Part shown: in pieces, positions 1-12,491 of the stretch
Layout of the letters: every line of letters starts with the position of its first letter
Numbering within the stretch: position 1 is the first letter of the stretch
DNA from: Camelus dromedarius
Taxonomy: Eukaryota
Assembly (NCBI RefSeq): GCF_036321535.1
Contig: NC_087436.1
Span: 117,182,001 to 117,246,000, forward strand
Length of the DNA stretch: 64,000 bases
Direction of reading: 5' to 3'
The notes under the pieces: generated by a model
What the model was told of the DNA's origin: nothing
Database searches by the model: none
What the model saw: only the letters and a program-made list of their open reading frames with translations
Position numbers and translations under genes: made by a program

Positions 1-120
1 TGGCAGTGGTACTGTGGCTACAATGCTAGTTTTGTCAATCTCAAAGCAGAGGGAGGTGCCACGACCAGAGTCTTCCCTGGAGGAGCCACCTCTCTCACTG
101 CTGCCACGCTTCCTTCACAG

Positions 121-266
121 GCATCGCCCTCAGTGCGCTCCCCACGCACCTGAGCGAGATCTCGCCCAGGGAGATCCGTGGCTCTCTGGGGCAGGCGACT
201 GCCACCTTCATCTGCATTGGCGTGTTCCCTGGGCAGCTGCCGGGCCTCCCTGAGCTGCTGGGAAAG
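121..266 (+). CDS. SLC2A9: SLC2A9 exon (human exon 5 equivalent, about aa 179-227): [49 protein letters not shown]
   Basis: Acceptor tccttcacag|GC at 120/121, donor AAG|gtaagt at 266/267. 146 nt, frame intact. Confidence 0.95.
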
Positions 267-1770
267 GTAAGTGTGGCTCCGCAGCCAACCACGTCCGTTC
301 TCATTCCACATCACCATCTCAGCTCCCCATGTCCCTTGCAGGACGAAGGGTAGTCAGTGAACCCTCCCCCCAAAAGTTCGTTCCTAAGCCTTGGAATTCC
401 CGAGCATTCAAGCCTTTCACGTATCACTGGAGAAAAGTTGTTGTTGAGTTCCTTTGATTGAGTTTGATTTTTTTTTTTTTTTAGAAAATAAAGAATATAC
501 AACAAATTCAAAGCTCATAGAGCGTTTGAATCCACCCATTCAATAGCTCTTGCTAACAGCTCAATTAGAATTCATTTAGGCTTTTTCCCTTGCTTATTCA
601 AACTTAAACACAGGTGGTTTTTTTTTTTTTTTGTTTGTTTTTAATGGAATCATGCCATATGCATTGTTCTGCTACTTGCTGTCTTCATTTAATGTATTTT
701 GGGACTCTTGCCAAGATGTTTTCAGCTCTACTTCACTCTAGAGTCTTTCCTTCCCACATAAATATGCATAGTCTTCTGTTTTTGGCTTTCTGTTTTGGAA
801 GCAGGAAGGTCTGACTTTAAATCCCAGTGCAACAATATACCTGCTGTGTGGCCTTGGCAAGGAGGAGTGCCTCATCCAGATTGGGGTGGGGAGGGATGTG
901 ATCAAGGAAGGCTTCCCAGAAGGGGTGGCCTCTAAATTGAACCCTGAAGGGTGAGCAGCAGTTAGGCAGGTAATGATGGAGTTCAGAGAGAAGACACTGC
1001 CCGGAAAGGGGGCAGCTAAAGAAAAGGCCCTGAGATGGGAAAGGGGCTGTGAAAGACTGGGAGTGGCTTGGGGGCTGAGGGAGGAGCACGTGCAGGGAGG
1101 GCGGGAGGGGAGGCACCTGTTCCCTGAGCCGCAGTAGACTTACCCCTGGGGGAGTAGGGAGCCCTAGGTGGCACGAGAGCAGGAGAGTGACAAGGCCACA
1201 TCTGAGTTAGAAGGTGGCTCTGGGGTCGTGGGGGGCAGGTGTGGACAAGGGTGGGAAGGGTGAGGAGGGAGGAGAGGGACCTGACGGAGACTTGCTGTGG
1301 GTGCCCGTGGTGAGGGTAGGCGGAGGCGGGAACTGAGGCAGTGGACCAGAGGAGAGAGAAGGGGTGGACTGAGACCCCGGGCCTTGCTGCCTGAGTATCC
1401 GATGAGCACGAGGGAAGGAGAAGCGCGAGGACCCCTCCCAGGGACACGAGGCGTCCCCTCCCCACTGACACAAGAGGGCCGGGAGGGAGGAGATTAAACC
1501 GCTAGTGAGGGTCCAGCGCCCAATGCCCGCCACTTCTGGGCGCGTGAGCGGAGCACAGCTGTCACGCCGGCCCTGCGCTGAGTGCCCACGGCCGGGGCCG
1601 CGTCACGGGCAGCTGTATCTGCAGGCGTGGGAACGGGAGCTGAGAGCCGGGCGGGGCTCACTACTGGGAAAATGCTGGAGCTGCAGCCGGAACCCGCTCA
1701 GTCCGCCCGCCGAGCCACGCGTGCGGGTGTCTTCCTCCGCCCGGAACGGGGCCCTCTGGGCTCTCTGGGA

Positions 1771-3403
1771 ATGTGAGAATGACTGACTACAGTTCCAACG
1801 TGTGGGTTCTGCCCCTGCATCGAGCAATGTGTCCTGCGATTCAGCTCAGTTCTGACACCACCCCCTGGACGCAGCGTCAGGGCTCAGTCCGCCAGGACTG
1901 CCTCACCGTCAGGGCTCATCCAAGTCCAGGTCGTCACCTGTGCTTCTGACCGACGGGCTGTAAATGAGAGGGTCCCAGGACCCCTCCTAGATTCAGTGCA
2001 TTTGCTAGAGTACTCACAGAACTCAGAAAACCAGTTTACTCACTAGACTACTGGTTTATTGTGAAAGGGTGTAACTCAAGAGCTGTCCGATGGAACTGCT
2101 GTAGAGGCTGAGGGCTGAGAAAGGCGCGGGGCTTCCACACTTCAAACCGTGTTCACCAGCTGGGAGGCACTCCAAGCCCCATCCTTTTGGGTTTTAATGG
2201 AGCCTTCATTATATAAGCATGATTTTTTGTTTAGTCTTTTAATTAATTTTATTTTTAATACAATTTTTAAAGGTTACACTCCATTAAAAGCTATTACAAA
2301 ATACTGGCTATATTCCCCGTGTTGTGTAATACGTCCTTGAGCCCGTCTTGACACGGTAGTTGGTACCTCCCCCGCCCCACTTCTCTATTGCCCCTTCCGT
2401 CCTGGTAACCACTAGTTCGTTCTCTGTCTGTGAGTCTGTGTCCTTTTTGTTATATTCACTAGTTTGTTGTATTTTTTAGATTCCACATATAAGTGATACC
2501 ATACAGTATTTGTCTTTGTCTGACTTATTTCACCTAGCATAATGCTCTCCAGGTCCTTCCATATTGCTGCAAATGGCAGAATTTCATTCTTTTTTATTGC
2601 TGAGTAATATTCCACACATACCACACCTTCTTTGTTCATTTATCTGTTGATGAACACTTAGGCTGTTTTCATACCATGACAATTGTAAATAATGCTGCTG
2701 GGAACACTGGGGTGCATGTATCTTTTCAAATTATTATTTTTGTTTTTTCTCAGATGCATGCCCAGCAGTGGAATTGCTGGATCATGTGGTAGTTCTATTT
2801 TTTGTTTTTTGAGAAACCTCCATACTCTTTTCCCCTGTGGCTGCACCAGTTTACATTCCCTTCAACAGTATCTAGGGTTCCCTTTTCTCCACATCCTTGC
2901 TAACATTTGTTATGTGTGTTCTTCTTGACGATAGCCATTCTGAAGGTGTGTGAGGTGATATCTTATGGTTTTGATTTGCATTTCCCTGGGGATAAGCGCT
3001 GTTGAGCATCTTTTCATGTGCCTGTTGGCCATCTGCATTTCACATAGGCAGGATGTGAAATGTCACATAGGCAGGATGTCACATAGGCAGGATGAATTAA
3101 ACATGGGCCATTGGTGGCTGAACTCAATCTCCAGCCCCTCTCCCCTTGCCAGACAGCAGAGGGTGGGATTGAAAGTTCCAGCCCTCTAATCGTGTGATTG
3201 ATTCACCTGGCCACCTGCTCCCATCCTTAGGTGTGGTCCTAAAGTCGCTTCACTAACCTAGACTTAGATGTAGTTGAAAGAGGTTTGTTATGAATATAAA
3301 ATATCTTGACTGGTCTTAGCACTTAGGAAATTCCAAGGGTTTTAGGAGGAGCTTTGTGCTTCTGGACGAAGACCAAGTACATATTTCTTACTATAAACCC
3401 CAA
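1771..3403. mobile_element. MER21-like LTR split in two (about 1771-2224 and 3080-3403) by an L1
   Basis: Recognisable MER21-type text (aatttgctagag..ctcacagaactcag-like; ggccattggtggctgaactcaatctccagcccctctcccc) runs continuously across the L1. Confidence 0.7.
2225..3040 (-). mobile_element. 5'-truncated LINE-1 (ORF2 C-terminus + 3'UTR + A-rich tail)
   Basis: Minus-strand ORFs give [22 protein letters not shown] and EYYSAIKKNEILPFAAIWKDLESIMLGEISQ. T-rich tail at about 2225-2260. Confidence 0.95.
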
Positions 3404-4153
3404 CAGGACGGTGAGCGCTGAGGCCGGGAGGACACAGGGTCTTCCTAAGCCTCTTGCCTCCTTCAGCAAAGGTTCCATGAGCAGGAATTAGGCAGGGTGG
3501 CTCCAGATGACAGGGTAATGGGGGCTGGTTGGCATTTATCACTTAAAAACCTTTTTTTGGAGGAATGTTTTGCTATTTCTATTGTGGTAAAATATACATA
3601 AGGTTTACCATTTTAACCATTTTAAAGTGTGTTATTCTATAGCGTTATGTATGTCTTTGTATATCTCATCTAATCCAGGTCACCTCAGAGGCATCTGCTT
3701 CTGATCGTTTATCATCAACCCTTCTGGGTTATTATCGCTACAATTTTGTTTTCTTCATTTGCAAAACTGGAAACAACTCACACATTTGTGGCTGTTGGAG
3801 GCATGACAATTTCTCTAATTAATGTTTTTTGAAAACAGTTTCCTTACTGAAGTGAGAGTCCACATTAACGAGACTATTTTGCTTTTTGTTGGTAAAAGTA
3901 TTTTAAAATTCTGAAAGTAAACATTGCCTGTGTGACAATAAACCAGCATAACAATTACAGCCTCAGCTCTTCAAACATAAGAAATATATTTTAAAATTAA
4001 TGAATAGAACTGGCCTCCTTGGGTAAAAAGTAAATAAATATCTGCCTCAGGAGAGCCTAAGCTTTTCTCTTTTGAGATACTTTTCAGTTTCTCATCCTTC
4101 ATCCAAGTTCTCTTTTGTAACTCACTGTCAGTTTCTTTCTGCTCCTTGGGTCC

Positions 4154-4519
4154 TGTCTCGGTCCTCTGGAGGCTGCTGTAACAGATACCACAGGCCGGCT
4201 GGCTTATAAACAACAGAAACTTATTTCTCACAGGTTTGGAGACTGGAGGTCCCAGATCAAGGTGGCAGCGCGATCAGGTTCTGGTGAGGGTCCCCTTTCC
4301 TGCTTGTACACAGCCACCTTCTCGCTGTGTCCTCACCTCGGGGACAGCGAGGTCATCTCTCTTCTGTCTCTTCCTCTAAGGGCACTGATCCCATTCATAA
4401 GGGCTCCACCCTCATGACCTAAGCACCTCCCAAAAGCCCCACTTCCTAACACTCTAACCTTGGGAATCAGGATTTCAGCATTTGGATTTGGGGGTGGGGG
4501 ACACATTCAGTCTGCAGCA
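4154..4519. mobile_element. MaLR LTR (MLT1A-like)
   Basis: gctgctgtaacagataccacag..ggcttataaacaacagaaacttatttctcacag..gggctccaccctcatgacctaa..acacattcagtctgcagca. Confidence 0.85.
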
Positions 4520-7500
4520 GGTCCCAGGTCTTTCTTGAACCTCTGTCTTCTCTCTCCATTCACTCACTCGGCACATTCTATGAGTTGCGTGCTGGAGCTG
4601 CAGCTTTGATCGTGACCCCGAGCCAGGTACAACCTGCACCTCTATCTTGCTCACGGACTGCGTTGACTGTGTGGCCATGGACAGGTCACCTCCTTGAGCC
4701 AGTGTCTCCATCGGTGGCAGGCATGCTCACAAGTCCCAAATCCGAAGCTCCACTTCAACATGACTTCCTCCAGGGAACATCTCTGGCAAACAGTGATCCT
4801 GTTCAGCATGTCTCCCGAATGGACACCTTGTCCACGCACCTGTCCCATGCTGTTAGTTCTGCTTTCTTCTGTATCTTTTCTCTGCAGTAGGTCACGTTTT
4901 ACTGATGCATATATACGTTAAATGCAGAAGCTACAAGTTTGTTCACTCATTCAGCAAATATTCAGGAAGCTTCTGCTCTGGGACGGGTGTTGGGCTGGTG
5001 ACTGGTGATCATGTACTGGGGAGGTCAGACTGCTCCCTGCTCTGGGGAGCTCACAGGAAAGACAATTCACCAATGATCAGCGGGATGGGGGAAAGGTAGG
5101 GCACTGTCCTAGAGTGGGGGGTCAGGGATGGTCTTCCTGTAGAAATGACATTTACACTCATGCCTTGAGGATGCATAGGATTTGCCCAGGTCAGGACTGG
5201 TGGGGAGAGAGAGAGGCAGGAGCGGGAAGCGTGTTCCACACAGAGGGAACAGTAAAAGTGAAGGCCCTGTCATCTGTCATCTGTTCAGAGGCAGAAACCC
5301 AAGGGGGCCTGGAGCACCAAGACAGAGAGGGAGGTGCCACTAGAAAGGTAAGGGCTGGGGGGCCACACCTGTGTCACGAGTGATTTCAGTGAAGGGTGGA
5401 CAAGATGAGGGGGCTCAGGGGAGGCTGTGGCAGCTGGGGGGCATGCCTTTCCACTGAGGGTGGCTGCTGCTGTGTCCCCGACAGGTACACGACTGGAGGT
5501 GGTTGATTTTCTAATTTTTGAGAGAAGAATCCAGATTTTTATGTCCCATTTCTTGACTTTTATATATTGGAAGCCAGTTGGTTTTTAAAGAAACAAACAG
5601 CCTCCTATCTGTGGGTTGGGTCCAGCCTGTTCACACACTTCAACAGGGACTGTGTGTGGCTGTGGAGTTTCTTTATCCAAGAGCCACGGAAGGTCACTGC
5701 CAGGTTGAAGTAAGGCAATGACAGAGAGGATGTGTGCTTTAAAAAAGACTCGTCGGCTGCAGCACAGAGAAAGGACTGGATCCCAGTAAAGCCCTAAGAG
5801 ATTGCACTGGTCTAGTGGAGAGATGGATTAGAGTCATGGCCATGGGCACAGAGAAATCACTTAGTGAGTGGTGGGATGCGGTGCCTGAGGGAGGAGGAGT
5901 CAAGGATAAAGCCGAGCATCTGGCACGTCAGCCAGCTAGAGTGGCAGCGGCAGGTGCTAACACAGGGCGCCCTGGAGGAGAAGCAGCTCTGCGGGCATGG
6001 ATGCCGAGGTCCCTGAAATGAACTGCCCGAGTCGCAGAGCAACTTCAGGGCAGAGCTGATTCAAGAACCCAGGTACCTGGATTCCCAGGCGAGGGTCCCC
6101 TCTCCCTGCACCCACCAGGCTCATAAGCATGACACTGGCCAAGGGGCATGGTGCGAATGCCCACCTCTGACCCCAGCAGCTGAGAGGCAGTACTGTTGGT
6201 CCCCATAGACTGTCTTTTCCCATCAGATTGGATTTCTTTCGGATAGTCTTGGACTTGGCTACGAGCGTATGTGAGCAACTCAGTGAATGTCTTTTTTTCA
6301 AATTCAAGCTCAGGGAAGATGAATTTGGGGTTTCTGGTCCAGGAAAGAATGTCTAATGGGAAGTTTTCATTCATCTCTTCAGGAATTTGTGATACTCCAG
6401 CCAAGTGAGAGCCAGTTATTTCGCTAAGTGTCAGCATTTCATTTTCTCTATTTTAATCGTATTTCGTTTACCTTCAAAGACAGAGACAACTGAGCTCCTA
6501 AGAAAAAAAAAATTAAAGAGAGAAAAGCTGTGTTCGATGCAGGCAGTTGCTTTGAAATGCAGAGGCTGGAGGAAGCAGCAAGAAGGCTTTAGAACAGCCG
6601 CCGGAAGGCAAGAGAGGGAAATAAATGTAGGAATTAACACTGGGGCTGTGAATTTAATCAAAGACACATCATAAAACACTGTGGAGGTGGTGTGACATTT
6701 TATTTTTCCAAAGGATATTTCAAAAATGTATTAATTAGCTATTTCTCTGACAATGATAAAGAAGAAAGGAATTGGGATAAAAACTGTAAGCAGAAGTGTG
6801 AGAAGACATGGACACAGCTTGAGATCCTAAGTGAATGGTTTCACACCCCTGGGAGGACATCCTTTCTGCACGAGGCGTTGGGCCCAGGAAGAAGTGGGAG
6901 CTCAGACTTCATCACTGCTCCAGTGGGGACGCACTTCACGCACGACTCACGTCCAGTTTGTTCCTTTATAAAAATACTTGGAACCGCTGGGAAATATAAA
7001 AAAGGAAGTAAAGTCACTTGAAATTCTGCCATGTTAGGAAAGGCAGCGACGTTGAGTATTTTGGTCTATGACTTGCTAGGTATCTATACACCTGTTATGC
7101 AGTAGAGAGAACACTGTGCCTTGAGTTCTGCTTTTAAAAAAGCACTAACTATCCCGTCAAAGGCATTTCTCCATATCACTAGATTCTAGGTAGATGCCTA
7201 TTTTTAAAATAGCGTCAGTAATTTTCAGTGTTACATTATATTCCATCACAAAGGTGCCCTGTAACTATTATTGTCTGTGTTGAATGCCTTTGCTGTCCCT
7301 GGATTTTTCACTAACTTGAACAATACTGAAACAAGTATCTTTCATAAATCTCTTACCTCCTGTTTGTTAACTTACTTGTCTGATTTTCATGATCATGGTA
7401 TACCCATACTCCTTGTAGACAATATGGAAGAAATTGGTAAAGAAAAACATTAAAATGTCTACATCTCACCATTTCTGGACAAACACTTTAACGGTTTTAA

Positions 7501-8189
7501 AAGCATCTTTCCATTATTTTTTAACACCTTCATTGTGGTATGATTCCTATACAGTAAACTACATGTATTTCAGATGCACAGTGTAATGAATTTTGATAGA
7601 TGTGTACACCAATGAAACCACCACCACAATCATTATGTTTTAATCATATAAACTTGTACACACACGCACATACTTGGTTCGTTACATTTATAACTTTCTG
7701 TATGCTGATCATTTTGCAACACTATGTTGTAAGCAAGTCATGAAAATTATTTGCCATGATAATTTTAAGAACTGTACCTTACTCTCTTTTATGAGTTGCC
7801 GTAATTTGTTTCATTGTTCTCTTATTTGCTGGACATCTGGATCGTGTTTATTATTGGAACACTGAATTTGCCAACTTAGAATAAACAGTCTTCTACATAA
7901 ATCATTATTCAGATCGCGATTTCTGTGGTTTAGGGTCCTGGAAATGGAAACAATAGGACAAAGAATATAATTTATTTGACACTTTCACACATATGGAATT
8001 TTTCTCCGGAGAGGCAGCCTCAATTTCCTTCCCATCACACTGTACAGGAGCATACAGCGTCACTACACCTCTGTCATCCATAAGCGTTTAAATGACTCTT
8101 TGGTATTTGATAGGCAAAAATAGTAAGTATTGCCTTAGAATATTATCTTCTGTTTCTTTGCTTATTAGCAAGATTGGATATTTCATAAG

Positions 8190-8651
8190 TGCTTTATTTT
8201 CCTGTTAGTGCTGTAACAAGGTACCACAACAGAGACTGAAATTTATCCTCTCGTATTCCTGGATACCAGAAGTTCAAAAGCAGTTTCACTGGAATGAAAT
8301 CGAGGTGTAAGAAGGGTGGTGCCCCCTCTGGAGGCTCTGGCCAAGGTTCTGCTCCTTAACTCATCTGGCTGCTGGTGGTGGCCAGTGTTCCTCTGCTTGT
8401 GGCCACATTGCTCCAGGCTCTGCCCCCGTGGTCACGCTGGCTCCTCTTTTTCCTTTTCTGGTCAAATGTTCCTTTGCCTCCCTCTTCTAAAAGCACCTGG
8501 GCATTTAGGGCCCACCCAGATAATCCAGGATACTCTTCCCATCTGGAGATCTTTAATTGCAAAACAAAATGTTTGCCATATAATTTAATATTCCCAGGTT
8601 CCAGGAATTAGCATGTGGATGTCTGAGGAGGCCACCACTGAGCCCACCACA
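8190..8651. mobile_element. MaLR LTR (MLT1C/D-like)
   Basis: gctgtaacaaggtaccaca..gaaatttatcctctc..tttagggcccacccagataatccaggata..agcccaccaca. Confidence 0.75.
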
Positions 8652-9116
8652 CTAAGTTCACTCGTTTCCAGGCATTTCTTCTGTAAATTGTCTATTCGTG
8701 TGCTTTGCTTATGCATCTGTTGGGGTGTTAATGACTCTCTTAGTAATTTTTACAACCTCTTTTGCTTTGAAGGATATTAACCCTTCAATATATTGGTGGC
8801 AAATATTTTTATGGTTCTTCTTTTTACTTTTAATTTCCTTTTTATTTTCAATGTGAGGATTATAAAAAACCATTTTTATTTAACAAAGTCTTTTCCTTTG
8901 AGATTTCTTCCACTGATTTTCAGCTTAGGAACTTCTTCCCATCTCAGGAATCTTCATCTGTATTTATTTGTGGGTGGTCTGTGGTGTCTGGTTTTTACAT
9001 TTAATTCTTAAAATCTTTTGAGTTATTTTAGAATATGGTTAAAGCATTTAAATGCGTCTCTGCCCTTCCTCACTTACCACTTTTTCTTTAACCCAAACAA
9101 CCTCTCCCCTATTGAT

Positions 9117-9242
9117 GTTTTTTTGGGGATGAAGCAATTAGGTTTATTTATTTACCTATTCTTGGAGGAGGTACTGGGTATTGAACCCAGGACCTCGGGC
9201 CTGCGCAGCATGCACTCTATGACTTGAGCTCCACCTTCCACC
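9117..9242 (-). mobile_element. Camelid tRNA-derived SINE (Vic-1 type)
   Basis: Reverse complement reads ..agctcaagtcatagagtgcatgc..gaggtcctgggttcaatacccagtacctcc..aataaataaacctaatt. TSD ctcccct(a/g)ttgat at 9104-9116 and 9243-9255. Confidence 0.9.
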
Positions 9243-11309
9243 CTCCCCTGTTGATTTTTGAGGTTTCCTTACCACACATTAAATTCACAATATACCTGAG
9301 TTTCTGCTTCTGGGCCATCCACTTTGTTCCTTTTACATTTCTATTCCAGTGCCCACACCTTGCTGTTTTTCTCATGGTAACTTTATTTATCATATGTTTA
9401 ATACTGGCCTCCCTAGTCTTCATTTTCAAAACTGAGCCAGAAACAGTATTCTCCTGTGGGAACTTTAAAGCTATTTTCTCATTTTCAAGACAAATAAAAA
9501 TGTCATTGAAGTTTTAGTTGGAATTGTGTTAAACTGATTCATTAGTTTGAACCCAGTTGAGATTGTTCATAATTCATTATTTCCATTGAGAAACATACCG
9601 TGCCTCCCTTTTCATTTAGGTTTTCTTTTGTATCACTCAGCTGTTTTTGTATTTCTCACTAAGCAATAAAAGCTAATTTTCTTATTAATTATAGTTATTT
9701 TCCATCTTGTTGCTGCTATTGGAGTTTTTTTTTTTTCATTACATTTTTGGTTGTTAACAAAATATGGGAAAGCTATTGATTATATACGTCAATCTGGAAC
9801 TCTCTTTTGCTTTCTATTTATTTGTCCGTTTGTTGAGGCAATTCAAATGAGTGATCATTGATCACATCTGCGAAGAGTGATAATTCTGCCCCCTCCTTGC
9901 TAATAGCTATGCCTTTTCTTTCTTTTTACTGACAATCATGTCTTATTGCTTTGGCCAGTTATGTTAACAATGTTGACTGTAGTGGGCATCTTTGTTTTTT
10001 CATGATTTATTGGGAATACCTATTGTGTTTCAGTATTAAGTTTATTAATTCTTAACTAATTTTAAATGGATATTATTTATCTTGGTAAGGAATTATCCAT
10101 CTCATCTTAGTTTTTATAGACTATAAGCAATGTGGAAAATATTTTCTGATTTTTATTAAGCTATTGATGCTTTTTTGTTACCTGACAATCAATTATTGGG
10201 TATTTTATATCATTAGGATGCCCTTGTATTAAACCATCCTTACATCCTGGGGTATATCTTTATTGGTCACTGTGGAATATTCTTTTTATATGTTGTTAAA
10301 TTTGATTCATTAATATCTTGTTTAGATTTATATACCTATATCCAGTGATGAGATTAGTCTAGAGTTTTAATTTTTATCTCCTTTCATCTTTTACTCATTC
10401 TAAAAGATAGTATATAACATTAGTTGATAAGTAAAGTATCAAACATCCTCACTAGTAAAACCATCTCAACCTGGTCTTTTCAGGAAAGCATTCTTTGAGG
10501 AAATTTTATCAGTTTCTTCTTTAATTAATCTAATCTATTTTCTTTTGAGTCAATTTTTTAAATTTCTGCCTTTTCAAAAAAGCACTCATTTCATTGAAAC
10601 ATTCAAATATGGACACAGCTATACATATGACTAAATAAAGTTTAATGTTCTCATGTCTATTCTTTACATCTTCTTTCTTGATTTAATTTTATTTATTTGA
10701 TTTTGCCTTCTCTCTTTTGAAATAAAATTTCCAGATTGTTGCCTCTAATTCTGTTATTTGAAAGATTAAATTCTGTTATCCATTTTATGGCTTTCCAGTT
10801 TTATTAATTTCTGCTTTGTCTTTATTATTCATACATTTTTTCCTTTGAACATAGATTTGCCAACTTTCCCAAAATTTTAGAAAAACATTTTTTCAATGTT
10901 AGTGCTTCTAAATAATTTTTCATCTTGATTCCATATTCAGAACAATTATTTAGAACAATGTTTTCAATTCCCAAGTAGATGTGACTCTGTTGTTGTCACT
11001 CATCACCAGTTTTATTTTGTTGTGTAAAGAGAACGTAATCCATAAATTACTCCTTTGGGGAACACGTGGAAGTTACTCTGTGACTGGTTTGGGATTAATT
11101 TTTGTAAACAGTCTATGTTTGCTGAAGGACAGTATCTCTTTCTTGGCGCATTGTAACACAGAGACCTGACATTACAAAACGATCATGATTTCATTACAAT
11201 AATTAATGTTAACCTACAAAATACTAAGAATCTCATATCAGAAAAACTCCACACAAGATGAAGAAGGGTTGAGAACATGTGATTCTGTAGTAGAAGAATG
11301 AAGTCCAAA

Positions 11310-11570
11310 GGGCAGGGCGCACAGCTCGTCAGGTAGCGGCCGTGCGGGTTCTGGGTCCAGACTGCCCGGCTCTGCCTCCCAGCCCCACTGCCCACGTGCT
11401 GTGGGGCTTTGAGTAAGTTTCTGAACCTCTCTTAGCCTGTTTCCTCACCTATCCGATGGGCTTACAGTGGCCCCTGTTTCATGGGACTATTGTAAGACCT
11501 GAAGAAGGAAATATATGTCAAACACTCGAAAGAGTACCTGGAGCTGGTGCTAAATAGATGTCAGCCAATA
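11310..11570 (+). mobile_element. MIR SINE
   Basis: MIR core ctttgagtaagtttctgaacctctcttagcctgtttcctcacct. Further degenerate MIRs at about 13280-13480, 14550-14660, 15290-15540, 17090-17230, 27060-27210, 33620-33840, 35050-35270, 38150-38340, 56420-56800, 58200-58325 and 63000-63210. Confidence 0.75.
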
Positions 11571-11857
11571 GCTCATTTAATTCAATACTTGGAAATAAAT
11601 ATTATGACTTTCTATTTTAGAGATTAAAAATTCGGTCCCAGAGAGGTTTAATAATCACCCCTTAAATAATCACCCCAGTGACCACAGCAAGAAGGCGGTG
11701 GAGGCTGGCTGGAGCCGGAGCTTCCTGGCTTTGCAGCCATGACCTCTGTGCAGCAGGACCTGCAGAGCTGGCCGTGCTGATAGGGAGCGTGGGGGAACAT
11801 CCCACAAGTTTAGAGTCCTGGCATAGAAGGCCGGCAGGCCAGTCCTTTTCAGTGTCA

Positions 11858-12491
11858 TGTTGTCCCAGCCCCTGAGTGGGTAAAAGGGTTAGAGCAGGCA
11901 AGTAGCTAGATATGAGCAGAGAAAGGGGCACCCCGGGGCCAAATGACAGAAAACCATTCATCTTGTGAACAACAGGGGTCCTTGAAAAGGCCAAGAAAAA
12001 CAGGAACCTCCAGACTGATAAGAACCCATACACTCTGGGTTGACAGGTGTCCTGGAGGCAAAGAAAAGTGGGACAAGACAAGAAGCTCCACCATCGCTTG
12101 CTCATTATGACCTCCATCCGACTGTAACCTTCACTTATGACCTCCATCCAAACGTAACCTTTTGTGTATTATGACCTCATCCGACTTCCCGATCAAGACT
12201 AAATAAGCATGAAAAACCCTTCCTCCCCCTGGGAAGGTGGAGCTGGGAGGAAGCTCAGGAAAGACGACACCAAGCCCCTCCCCACCGATGAATATTCTGC
12301 CCATTCATTTTTACACCCGATAACCAGCCTGCCAAAGAAACTCGGGGCAGCTGCCCACCTGGGTCTGCCTGCTCTTTCCTTGCGAGCATACAGTCTATCC
12401 CTTAATAAATCTTTGCTTTGCTTTCTTGCCCCCGGTGTCTCGTTTCTGAATTCTTTCTGAGATGAGACAAGAACCTTCCCCGTCGACAACA
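11858..12491 (+). mobile_element. ERV1-like solo LTR, sense to SLC2A9
   Basis: Perfect terminal inverted repeat TGTTGTC...GACAACA. AATAAA at 12404-12409 followed by U5-like tctttgctttgc..ctgaattctttct. Internal 30-34 bp tandem repeat. Confidence 0.85.

Larger units (their letters stand above)
7750..11160 (-). mobile_element. Highly decayed ancient LINE-1 fragments (L1M-type), interrupted by an MLT1 and a SINE
   Basis: Long T-rich tract with antisense L1-like phrases (gtaaattgtctattcgtgtgctttgc; aaccatccttacatcctgggg; gatgagattagtct). Boundaries approximate. Confidence 0.6.

Noticed and set aside
3040..12190. Short direct repeats (3040-3094, 12105-12190) as CRISPR-like arrays
   Set aside because: Only three copies each, no unique spacers of regular length, mammalian context, and both are explained by transposon structure.
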